From contig CP068257.2 in assembly GCA_009914755.4 (NCBI GenBank), positions 5,696,001 to 5,760,000 of the forward strand: a stretch of DNA of 64,000 bases, written 5' to 3'. Positions 12,991 through 24,639 of the stretch are shown piece by piece (position 1 is the stretch's first letter; each line of letters starts with the position of its first letter). Origin of the DNA: the human T2T-CHM13v2.0 reference genome, Homo sapiens. The notes below the pieces were generated by a model. It saw only the letters and a list, made by a program, of their open reading frames with translations. It was not told where the DNA came from and searched no databases. A program made the position numbers and the translations under genes.

Positions 12991-13220
12991 GGCTGAGGCA
13001 GGTGGATCATCTGAGGTGAAGAGTTCGAGACCAGCCTGGCCAATATGTGAAACTCTGTCTCTACTAAAAATACAAAAATTAGCCAGGCATGGTTGCAGCA
13101 CCTGTAATCCCAGCTTCTTGGATTGCTTGAATCCAGGAGACAGAATTTGCAGTGAGCTGAGATGAACCACTGCACTCCAGCTTGGGCAGCAGAGTGAGAC
13201 TTGGTCTCAAAAAAAAAAAG
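12991..13220 (+). mobile_element. Alu, 5'-truncated.
   Basis: ggctgaggcaggtggatcatctgaggt...gcagtgagctgagatgaaccactgcactccagcttgggcagcagagtgagacttggtctcaaaaaaaaaaa. Confidence 0.85.
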
Positions 13221-13279
13221 TTATTGTGACATGCTGTACACATTCACAAATTCAGTGTCTCCCAGAAGTCTGAGATTCT

Positions 13280-13780
<501 letters not shown>

Positions 13781-14639
13781 TGAAAGACAATTTTACTACC
13801 CAAATCACCCTTCTATAAAAAATAATAGAAGATGTCAAATATGAAAATAAAACTGTCCTCTGGGCCCTCAATTTTCTGTGTTATTGGGAAGGCAGACAGC
13901 TACTCAGCAGTTATATCCCATAAGAATGGATAACACTAAAACAGCTGACATCATCAAGTATTGGTTAGAAAGTGGAACTGATTCTCTCAAACATTTTCAT
14001 TGTAGTTTAAGATGGCACAACCACTTAGGAAAATGTCTCCCTATTTCATACAATGCCAAATATATACTTATTTTATAACCCAGAAAATCCACTCTTATGT
14101 ACTTAAACTCAAGAAAAGTGAAAATATTATTACAGAAAAATGTGTATATCTGATTTGTTCGTAGCAGGTTTATTCATGATAACCTCAAATCAGAAACTGC
14201 TTTTGTGTCTATCAATAGTGGAGTGGATTATAAACAAAACAAGCAAAGGCCTCAAACCTGTGGTATAGTCATAAAATTGAGTATTACAAAATAAAATTAG
14301 TGAATAATCAATAGGAGCAAAATGATGTCACAAGCATGTTTAGTGAATGAACATAAAAATTATATAATTTATAATTTCACTTATGTAAATGGTGAAAACA
14401 GACAAAACTATCCTTTTGTGGAAAGAATCAAAACCATGGAAGTCTCTGTGTTCAAATACTGAATGGAAATGGGCATGAGAAAACGTGTTTCTGCCAGATC
14501 TTCTATATGCCTGATGTACATTCACTAGATGTATTTTGCATATACTATTTTTGCAAATAAAACTGAGATAGACACAAAATAACTCAAGAGAAAATAGCTA
14601 GAAATAAGTAGAGTTGGGATAGAAGCCTTGGAAGCTCCC

Positions 14640-15900
14640 CCCTACCTTGCTCACCTGGCACAGGCCGAGGAAGCCCTTGGACAATGCTGTGAGCGATCTG
14701 AGGGCCTTCCAGGGGAGCCCCCCCAGCCCATGCTGGTGCCCGAGCTGCCCGCCGCCATCTGAATATGTTGCAAAGACAGTGCTGGCCTGGCAACCGGTGA
14801 CACTCCATGCCCCACCCCGACCCCCACTTCTACCCAAGTAGCGGCAACCCCAGAGACAGATGCCTGGGCGGCAGCGGCTAAGTCTGGTAGTTGGCCAGGC
14901 GGCCAAAGGACGGGAACTGGCTGTTCACCCCATCCCAGTTTCCACGGAGAACTCAACCATCATGGCCCCTGAGCGGACCCTCAGGCCTGGGCTGTGCTCT
15001 GTGCCTGCAAACCTGACGCCATCCAGGGGAGCTCCGCCTTCCCACGCCAGCGCCTCAGCTGCTGCAGAAAACTGCAAAACTGCAAGTTGCACACAGGCAG
15101 AGATGACGGAGCAACCCCTGACCCTCCGTGCCACTCACCCTACCCGCACACACACCTGCCACGCGGACCCTGAGGCCAGTGCCTGGGCGCCCAAGTCAGG
15201 CAGTCCGCACAGCAGTGGCACCAGGGTGAAAACCTGCTGCTCAATACCATCCCGGTTACCACGAAGAGCCAGCCCTGGTGGCCCCTGAGTTCTTGGAGGA
15301 GGCCAAGTCACAGCAACCCCTCAAGTGGGCGGGCGATGCACTTGACCCTGAGGACATCAGGTACCAGGCCCGCCAGCTGACGCCACATCGGAGCCGCAGC
15401 TGCAGTCTAGACGTGGTGCACCGGCAGTAAGTGACTGGACACCCCAAACCAGGCCCGCCCCCCAGTAGCGTGGATCCTGAGACCAGACCCCCAGGCGGCA
15501 AAATCAGGCGATGGGCCCCGCCAGCAGCTGCTCAGTTTCATCCATGTGGATACAGAGTGCCCAGCGCCCGGGCCCAGGATCCAGAGAGATGCCCAAGAAG
15601 AGCGGAAGTTGAGGCCAGGTGGGCTGTGCGCTCTGCAACCCTGAGGCCATCCAAGGGAAGCTCCGCCGTCCCACGCCAGTGCCAGATCTGCAGCTGCAAA
15701 CTGTGCGTGGGGCACTGGCAGCAGTTAGGGCTGGTGGGGGAAAGAGCAGCCCCTGACTCTGCCTCCATGCCTCTACAGCTACCTGACACTAGCCACACAG
15801 ACTCCAGGGCCAGAGCCTCAGCGTGAAGCCAGGCCATCTGCGAAGCCACCCAGGTGGCAGCGGAGTGCCCTTGCCAGCACCCTATCTCCCTTCCGAGGAG
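14640..15900. repeat. ~628-bp direct tandem duplication (2 copies) within the GC-rich region upstream of the ANKRD20A-like exon 1.
   Basis: The anchor ccatccaggggagctccgccttcccacgccag at 15019 recurs as ccatccaagggaagctccgccgtcccacgccag at 15647. Flanking segments also align (ccaggcggccaaaggacgg / ccaggcggcaaaatcaggcg; cagtttccacggagaac / cagtttcatccatgtgga). Confidence 0.6.
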
Positions 15901-16204
15901 GAGCGGGGTGGGCTGCAAGGCCAGACAGGCCCTCCTTCTCAGGCCGGGCTGGCGGCGCTCCTGCGATCCTGGGGCCGCCCGGGCGATCCCAAGAGGACCT
16001 GCGAGCTCATCGGCACCCGCCCAGAGCTGCAGCCCCACCTGCCGGCACGCGCCACCAGGGAAGGGCTTCCGGGAGCCAGGCAGCAACCGCGGTGCAGGCG
16101 CGCGCCCAACGGCTTTGCGAGGCTCACTCGGTCTGAGAGGTGGGAGGCTACGAGTGTCGCTGCTGAAGGCTGTGGTGGACCGGGCTGGATCGCGGACTGT
16201 GGAG

Positions 16205-16296
16205 TAGATCACAGATTTGGGATCGCGGATTGGGGGTTGATCGCGGATTGGGGGTTGGATCAGGGATTTGGGGTTGGATAGGGGATTTGGGGCTGG
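16205..16296. repeat. Short G-rich tandem repeats (GATCGCGGATTGGGGGTT x2, then GGATTTGGGGTTGG variants) in the 5' flank/UTR.
   Basis: Direct reading of 16221-16296. Confidence 0.7.
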
Positions 16297-16297
16297 G

Positions 16298-16389
16298 TCG
16301 GCCGGGGTCGGCGGAGGAGGTGGGTGAAAAGGTGACAGGGAGGTCGGCCGGGGTCGGGGGAGGGGGGTGGTGAAAAGGTGACAGGGAGC
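16298..16389. repeat. 46-bp tandem duplication (gtcggccggggtcggsggaggrggtggtgaaaaggtgacagggag x2) ending 48 bp before the ATG.
   Basis: Copies at 16298-16343 and 16344-16389 are near-identical. Confidence 0.8.
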
Positions 16390-16437
16390 TGCCCCCGCTC
16401 AAGAGCCGGAGGTTGGGGTTTCTGAGAAGTCACCACT

Positions 16438-16640
16438 ATGAAGTTATTCGGCTTCGGGAGCCGCAGGAGCCAAACGGCCAACGGCTCCATAGAACATGTC
16501 TACACGGGTTCCGGATACCGAATCTGGGACTCCGAACTGCAGAAGATCCACAGGGCAGCTGTCAAGGGCGACGCCGCGGGGGTGGAGCGCTGCCTGGCGC
16601 GCAGGAGCGGAGACCTGGATGCCCTGGACAAGCAGCACAG
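16438..16640 (+). CDS. Exon 1 coding part (ATG to GT donor) of an ANKRD20A-family gene encoding an ankyrin repeat domain 20 family member. The rest of the gene was not found in the window; it lies beyond or sits in short exons I could not identify.
   Basis: The ORF [68 protein letters not shown] is ~85% identical to the ANKRD20A1 N-terminus as I recall it ([74 protein letters not shown]...). The exon ends AG|gtagcgggg, a canonical donor with the Arg codon split as in the family. It is embedded in a CpG island. Confidence 0.75.
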
Positions 16641-16973
16641 GTAGCGGGGACTCAGCCCGGGGTGGGAGGGGGTCCCCAGGCCCGGCTTCCCCACTGCCCC
16701 TGGGACGGGGCCTTTCAGGGCTCTGGGCACCCTCAGAGCAGCGGAGCCAAACGGACTCTCAGCTGTTTTCCATCCCTCATAATTCCATGGCTGGAGCAGT
16801 TGGAGAATTTGAGTGATTTAACTCACAAAGTTAAGCATACACAGTGTTGTTATTTTTAACGTACACGTTGAAAACATGGTTTATATACATTATAGGAGGT
16901 GCCTAATGAGAGAACTCGTTCCCCTATCAAAAATACCGTGAGTTATTTCAGTAGGCAAAAAGTTCTCAGATAA

Positions 16974-17553
<580 letters not shown>

Positions 17554-19026
17554 TGACAGGGAATTCTTTCAAATCAAATCATCAAACACTCTAAAATTGG
17601 GCAAAGTACACTTTTCCAGATCTGCAAGTTACTTGTGTACATAGGAAAAAGTCCTTCGCATTTCTGGTATAAGAATTTAAATTAAAAGAGGAATGAAACA
17701 GTTTTCTATCCACAATATTTGTGAGGATGTTTTATACTCCTGCTTAAAGTTTAAGTTGCTGATTACTTTTCAAATAGATAATTTGGTGGTAAGTACTACA
17801 ATTAAAAAATATGTATGCCCTTTACACATCAATTCCATTTACTAAAACACCCTTAGGAAATAAAGATACATGCACTTTATTTTTCACCTCACTTATTTTA
17901 AAAAGAACCCAAAGAATGGATCCTATAAATAAACTTCAGTTGCATCCACAGGATGGAATAATATGTGACCATTGAAGGTGGCAATAGATACAGAAGTATA
18001 TTGATGTGCAAAGATGTATTTTGTTATAGCTAGTGAGAAAAAAATCAATTAAGTTATACATACAAACAAACTATGGTCTTGTTTTATCAAAAAATATGTA
18101 CAAAATATAAAATTTGTAATTTCTGAGCATTTGTATTTTAAGTAAAGTTCTTTTCCTTTTTCTTATCTGTGATTGCTGCAGTGAGCATGTACAAAACTTC
18201 TAGTAAAGTTTATTAATAAAGAAATAATCCTTGGGAAGACAGGAATATGAATCTTACAATATTAAAAATAATTTCTCACTTTCTATTTTTTATCATTATT
18301 GAGTGTATTGTTATCTTCTTTGAACTTTTAGCCTCTTCAGAAGTAAAAAGGGAATATTTTTATCTGTTTCCAGATTTTATTATCTATATATTTTATTATG
18401 TACATATGTTTTTCTTATGTATTCATTCAATTTATGCAAACAATGATAGATTAATCATTTCATTTTAATTGTATTCTTAAATAAAAATAACATATAAATA
18501 TTACTATTGCAAAAATATTGCTTTATAGGAGTTTATTTAAAAATATTGAACTCCCCAACTGTATTTTTCCATTCTTTCATTCCATTTATTCATCAAACAT
18601 AACCTGAGTATCTGTTATGTAGCAGACATATTCTGCTGTCTCTCAGGTCCCTTCTATCCTTAAAAACTTCATGTTTACCTGCCCTGCCTGCACAAGCTGA
18701 GAGATTTAAAATAGGAATATTGGGACTTAATCTCCTTGAAACTTTGTCACCCAACTTTCAAACAAAAGCATTTCTGAAGTTAGAAAATAGTAGAAGATAA
18801 GCTTTAACTGCCCACTCAAAAGTTTATCAGTCTTAAATATTAATATTAATCATGGGAATGTCTTATTTACATATATTCTGTAAGCATAAATATTGAATAA
18901 AATGAACCATATGTATTCATTTGAATCATGAGTTTCCTTTGTCTTCAATTTGTTTGAAAATCAAGGAATTAATTTGTTTGAAAAATGCATTATTATTATT
19001 TCAGTGTTCTATCCCCATAGTACCTT

Positions 19027-21095
19027 TAAGCAGGCGGACAAGCCAGCAACCTCACCCGCTCAAGGAAGCCCAGATGGCCAGGTTCCAACAGCATGAGTAG
19101 CTGCCACCTGATGGCTGATGGAGCAGAGTCCTGAGGAAAAGCAGATGGCACTGGGGCCCTAACTCTAGGGCAGAAGAACTGATGTACTGTGACTGGCAGC
19201 ATGTGAGGTTGGTGATTGGCCCACCTGTTCCTGGCACACCCTTGAAGAGGTGGCTGGTTGCTCTTTGAGCCAGCTTGGCCTTGCCTGGCATGCACAAGCC
19301 TCGGTGCAACAACCGTGCTACAAATGGAGCCATATATAGGAAAGGAGCAGGAGGCTCAGGAGCAGGGTGTGCACTGCCTTTGGGGCTCCAGTGCATGCCT
19401 CAGGGCTCCTATGGCACTGCAGGCTTCTTTGTTGCCAAGAGGCAGACCACAGGCCGTCTTGAGGAAGACTTTATGTACAAGTGCAGAAAGCAGCCAGGAT
19501 TACCACCCAGGGGACTTGGTCTTCTGTGGCCCTGGCCTGACAGAATTTGGCCCAAGGCAGGACAAGGTCACTCAGAGCAGTGTGTCAGTAGGTGGGGCCT
19601 GGGCATGCGAGGCAAGGCCAAGCTGGCTCAAAGAGCAAGAAGCCACCTCTGCAAGGGTGTGCCTGGAGCAGGTGGACCAGCCACCAACCTCACCCACTGA
19701 AAGAAGCCAGGATGGCCAGGTTTCCACAGCCTGAGTGGCTGCCTCCTGATGGCTGATGGAGCAGAGGCCTGAGGAAAAGCAGGTGGCACATTTAACTCTT
19801 TAATCCATCTTAAGTTAATTTTTGTATAAAGCAGATGGCACCAGTCCATGCCTCAGGGCTCATATGGCACTGTGGGCCACAGAAGGGTGAGTCCCCAGGG
19901 TGGTAATCCTGCCTGCTTTCTGCACTTGAACATAAAGTCCTCTTCAAGACGGCCTGTGGTCTGCCTCTTGGCCCCACCTTTAGGGTAGAAGAACTGATGT
20001 ACCACGTCTGGCAGTGAGTGAGGTTGGCGGCTGGTCAATCTGCTCCTGGCACACCCTTGCAGAGGAGGCTGCTTGCTCTTTGAGCCAGCTTGGCCTTGCC
20101 TGGCATGCACAAGCCTCACTGCAACAAGTGTGCTACAAATGGAGCCATATAGAGGAAATGATCAGCAGTCTCAGGAAAGGGGCGTGCACTGCCTTTGTGG
20201 CTCCAGTCCATGCCTCAGGGCTCGTATGGCACTGTAGGTTTCTTGGTCGCCAACAGGCAGACCACAGGCTTTCTTGAGGAGGACTTTATGTTCAAGTGCA
20301 GAAAGCAGCCAAGATTAGCACCCAGGGGACTGGGCCTTCTGTGGCCCTGGCCAGACTTAGAATTTGACCCAAGGCAGGACAAGCTGACTCGGAGCAGAGT
20401 GTCAGTACCTGGGGCCTATGCATGCCAGGCAAGGCCAAGCTGGCTCAGAGCAACTAGCCACATCTGCAAGGCTGCACCTGTAGCAGGCAGACAAGCCAGC
20501 AACCTCAGCTACTCAAGGAAGGAGGGATGGCCAGGTTCCCACAGCCTGAGTGGTTGCCGCCTGATGACTGATAGAGCAGAGGCCTGAGGAAAAGCATATG
20601 GCACTGGGGCCCTACCTCTAGGGTAGAAGAACTGATGTAAGCTGACCGGCAGCAAGTGAGGTTGGTAGCCGGTCCACCGGTTCCTGGCACAACCTTGCAG
20701 AGGTGGCTGGTTGCTTTTTGAGCCAGCTTGGCCTTGCCCGGCATGCACAAGTCTGTGCAACAACTGTGACACAAATGGAGCCACACAGAGAAAATGAGCA
20801 GCAGGCTCAGGAGCAGGGTGTGTGCTTCCTCAGGAGCCCCAGTCCATGCCTAAGGGTTCATATGGCACTGTGGGCTTCTTGGTTGCAAAGAGGTAGACCA
20901 CAGGCCATCTTCAGGAGGTCTTTATGTGGAAGTGCAGAAAGCAGCCAGTATTACCACCCGTGGGACTCGGCCTTTTGTGGCCCTGGCCTGACAGAATTTG
21001 GCCCAAGGCAGGACAAGCTCACTCGGAGCAACATGTCAGAACCTGGGGCCTGTGCATGCCAGGCAAGGCCAAGCTGGCTTAAAGAGCACCCAGAG
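19027..21095. repeat. Tandem array of a ~635-bp unit (3 copies; the first is enlarged by a ~180-bp insertion/inversion). Each unit carries a 33-nt inverted repeat pair about 340 bp apart.
   Basis: Anchors gagccagcttggccttgcc lie at 19267, 20082 and 20720. The reverse-complement anchors ggccaagctggctca lie at 19615, 20433 and 21067. Segment 19880-19975 is the reverse complement of the unit segment seen at ~19440-19520. Confidence 0.8.
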
Positions 21096-22257
21096 CATCC
21101 ATTCTGGTGGATAAGCCAACCACATGGCCAGCTTCTGGGTGTGGACACAGTGCCACATCTTCCATCGCTTTCTGACGTATCCCACCAACACTGAAGAGAC
21201 AGCCTGGAGAGAGTGCAAGAGGAAGGCTGAGAAGGATCAGATAGTGAGTGCTGGCTTCTTTCTGACCCTCAGCACAACCCCAGGTGGTGACCATCAACCT
21301 TTAGGGGTGGGAGAGCAAGACTGATGGCTTCAAACGCTTCCCCAAGAAGATGGACACAGGCCACTCAGCTCATCCTCACAGCCAATGAGTTGACAAGCAA
21401 GCAGATGACAGTGACAGGCTTTTAGAAAGAGCATCAGAAGGTGGCCAGTTTTTCTTCAGCCTCAGCCAGGCCTTGGAACTTGACTAGGCCATCCACTTCA
21501 CCAGAGATGCCTTCAAGAACATCAGTAAGCTCTTTGCCAATGAGTCCAGGAAGGACCTTGGACCCAGCCATGGACCTGTTAGTGCTGTCTCAGGGACACC
21601 AGACCAACATCCTGGACATCATCCTCATACACAAGGAAGCTCTTACCAAAGTCACGGAGAACAGGCAACATGTGGCAGAAGTGAAGACAGAGGAGCAGAG
21701 GCTGATGGTGTCATTATCACAGGAACAGGATTTCTTTGGCCACTTTGGCTGAAATTCACCACTTCCATCCAATTCACTCAAGCGAGAGACTTGAAATCAC
21801 AGATGGACCATTTCTTGCAACAAGAGATACTATTTTTTCAAAAAGTCACCTAAAATTTGATAGTGTTGAATGACTAGCTATTCTATTGTGGACTTTTTCC
21901 AGTTCACGGGTACTTTCTACAGCAGAATGATAACAGTATCAAAGAGCTAGTGCCAGCTATCGGTGGTAGTACAAGGATGACTTTGTGCTCAACTGAAACC
22001 CAGCTGAATATAGACTTGTGTAGGAAAGTGTTAATATGGTGATAGAATAGAAACAGTAGCAAATGAACTAAATCATACTATGAATGCCTACACTACCATT
22101 ATAACTTTTTGAAGAATGATAATACTACTTACTTTATTGCCTTTTGAAGTAGGAATATTTTAGTGGATATGCTATAGACCTGAAACCCTATAAAGAATCC
22201 CAAAGAAGCTGGCTGGATAAAGCCTGCTATGGATGTCTTTATACTCAAAGACTGATG

Positions 22258-22650
22258 AGGCAATTCGAATATGTGTCCCCACCAAATCTCATGTTGAGTT
22301 ATGCTTCCTAATGTTGGAGGTGGATCCTGGTATAAGATGACTGAATCATGAAGGCAAATTTCTCATGAGTGGTTCAGCACCATCCCCTTGGTACTGTCCT
22401 CACAATCATGAGTGAATTCTCGTGAGATCTGGCCACTGAAAACTCTATATCACTCCCTACTCTCCGTGATTTCCTCTTGCCATATGAGACAATTCACTCT
22501 TTCATTTACCTTGCACAATGATTGAAAGATTTCTGAGGCCCCCCAGAAGCAGAAGCACTAAGCTTCTTGTCCACTCTGCAGAACCATGAGCCAATTAAAC
22601 CTCTTTTTCAAAATAAATCTTACCAAAAATGGCAAATGAGGACTGCAGCA
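22258..22650 (+). mobile_element. THE1/MST-type MaLR solo LTR.
   Basis: tgtgtccccaccaaatctcatgttgagtt...ggaggtgga...gaatcatgaagg...ctcgtgagatctg...cttgccatatgagac...cagaaccatgagccaattaaacctcttttt matches the THE1 consensus motif order. Confidence 0.7.
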
Positions 22651-23089
22651 TTGCTATAAAGATACCTGAAAATGTGGAAGCAACTTCGGAACTGGGTAAT
22701 GGGTAGAGGTTGGAAGAGTTTGGAGGGCTCCAAAGAAGACAGACAGATGAGAACATTTTTGGACCATCTTAGAGACTGGTTAAATGGCTGTGACAAGGAT
22801 GCTGACAAAAACATGGACAGTGAAGGCCAGGCTGAGGGGGCCTCAGATAAAAATAAGAAGCTTTCTGGAAAATGTCTCTCTTTTGGATATGGAAAACTTA
22901 CACAATGCCTGTACCATCATTGTACCTTAGACGCAGTGAACTTGCTTTTTATTTCAGAGACTCGTAGGCAAAAGAGAATGTAGCCTTGACCCAGATGAGA
23001 CTTTGGACTTTGTAACTTTGAGTTAATGCTGAAATGAGTTAAGACTTTGGGAGACTGCTGGCAAGGCATGACTGTATTTTGCAATGTGA

Positions 23090-23400
23090 GAAGGACATGA
23101 GATTTGTGGGGTCAGGGACAGAATAATACGGTTTTTCTCTATGCCCCTTCCAAAACTCCTGTGAAAGTACACTCCCTAATGTTAGAGTCGGGGCCTAGGT
23201 GGAAAAAGCTTTAATCATAAAGGGGTGGGAGTGGATCCTTCACAAATGGCAAAGCACCAAGCCCTTAATGCCATCCTCCTGATAGTGAGTGAGTTCTCAT
23301 GACATCTAGTAGTTTAAAAGGCTGTGGAACCTCTTTCCTCTCTCTGTCTTGTTCCAACTTTTGCCATATGAAACATGTCATTGCCACTTGGATTTCTGGC
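23090..23400 (+). mobile_element. MaLR (MST/MLT-like) LTR 5' portion. The matching 3' portion appears at 28815-28960, so the intervening minisatellite and satellite arrays are nested inside this LTR.
   Basis: ctccctaatgttagagtcggggcctaggtgg...ccatcctcctgatagtgagtgagttctcatgacatctagtagtttaaaag...ttttgccatatgaaacatg resembles the MaLR LTR consensus. Confidence 0.5.
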
Positions 23401-23409
23401 GTGGTTAGG

Positions 23410-24300
23410 AGGGGCCTGATCAGTGTGGGCCTGGTCAGTAGACCTAGGTCAGTGAGGACTATTTAGTGGGATCATGGTCAGCAGGGGTCTGCTTAGAGAC
23501 GGTCTCATTAGTGGGGTCTAGTAGTGGGGGTTTTGGTGAGTGGGGACCTATTGGCTGCCAGTCGTTTGGTGTCTGGTCAGTGCAAACCTGGGCTGTGGGG
23601 CTTGATCAGTGGAGACCTGGTCAGCTGGGGCTTAGTGCTGGTCTGGTCAGCATGGGCTGGGGCACTGGTGACCAGGTCAAGGGGTGCTACTCAGTGCAGG
23701 ACTGGGCACATGAGACTTAGTCAGCAGACCCTGGTGGGCGTGTCCTCATCAGTGAGGCCCTTGTCAGTGGGGTCCTGGTCAGGGCCGCCTTGCCAGTGGG
23801 ACCTAATCTGTAGTGTCCTAATCAGAGAGGACTTGGTCAGTGGTGACTTTTGTAGCACTGGTCTACAGGGTGACCTGGTCAGCGGGGATCTCAGCATTTG
23901 GTGCCAGTTCAGTGGGGTCTACTCACTAGGGTCCCAGTCAGGGGCATCTGGTGACCTTAGGCCTGGTTATTAGGGGCCTGATCAGTGGCAACCTGTTCCC
24001 TGGAGGCCTGGTCAGTGGGGCCTCATCTTTGGGGCCAGGGAATGAGGTCATGATCAGTGGAACCTGATCAGTGAGGCCTTGTCAATAATGACCTAGTCAG
24101 TGAGGACTTGTCAGTAAGGACTTGGTCCGTGAGGCCTTGTCAGTAAGGTCCTGGTCGGTGGAGTCCTTGTCATTGTGTGCCCGGCAGTGGGGGCCTTGTT
24201 AGTGGGGCCTGGTCATGAGGGTCTAATCAGTGAGGGTGTCGTCAGGGAGGACCTGATGTGTGGGGTCTGGTCAGCAGGGACCTGGTCAATGTGGGCTGCT
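23410..24300. repeat. Degenerate ~17-bp minisatellite (GGGGCCTGGTCAGTGAG-like), about 50 units.
   Basis: Repeating ggtcagtg / gatcagtg / gtcagtgaggcc periodic motif throughout. It produces long artefactual ORFs (23524..23973). Confidence 0.75.
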
Positions 24301-24639
24301 GAGCACTGCTTGGATAAGCCAGGTGCAATGTGCATTATTGAAGGCCCTGTGGACAGCTGGGATAGCCCAGTGATGCCCAAGGGCCTAGTCAAAAGTGGAC
24401 AAAGCACGTGTTTGGATGGACCTGGGAGATCCTGCTCAGAGATTCTGACAGGACAAAGGTAAAGGAAGGGCTAGAGTGGCTGCAGAGATGGTCACAGTCT
24501 ATGGGCTGCACAGGATGAAGGAGGCCAGGGAACAGGCAGGGTGGGCAGTTGGGGTTCAGGGAGAGGCAGGTGCATGCTGGGAGGTCAGACCCTGTGAGGG
24601 CTTTGGGGGCGTCAGGTTGGGTAGGCTCCAGGCACTCTC

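Larger units (their letters stand above)
15250..16700. promoter_or_regulatory. CpG island / putative promoter covering the 5' flank and exon 1 of the ANKRD20A-like gene.
   Basis: Very high CpG density (cgcggattgg, gcgcgcgcccaacgg, ccgccggg...) directly abutting the start codon at 16438. Confidence 0.6.

Noticed and set aside
14584-16402. A cluster of overlapping 60-224-aa ORFs on both strands (for example 15538..16212 minus, 224 aa; 15823..16281 plus, 152 aa).
   Set aside because: They fall in GC/CpG-rich promoter DNA with internal duplications, are open in several frames at once and are P/R/G/A-rich. They are typical non-coding CpG-island artefacts. The only credible coding segment here is the ANKRD20A-like exon starting at 16438.
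19026-21218. ORFs of 130-163 aa within each ~635-bp repeat unit (19258..19734, 20703..21194 and so on).
   Set aside because: I have no recollection of homology to any protein. The units are ~80-85% similar with frame-breaking differences between copies, and ORFs appear on both strands. They are recorded in the findings only as a curiosity of the repeat.
23466-23973. ORFs 23466..23720 and 23524..23973 (84 and 149 aa) rich in GDLVSG / WGLVS repeats.
   Set aside because: They are translations of the 17-bp GGGGCCTGGTCAGTGAG minisatellite.
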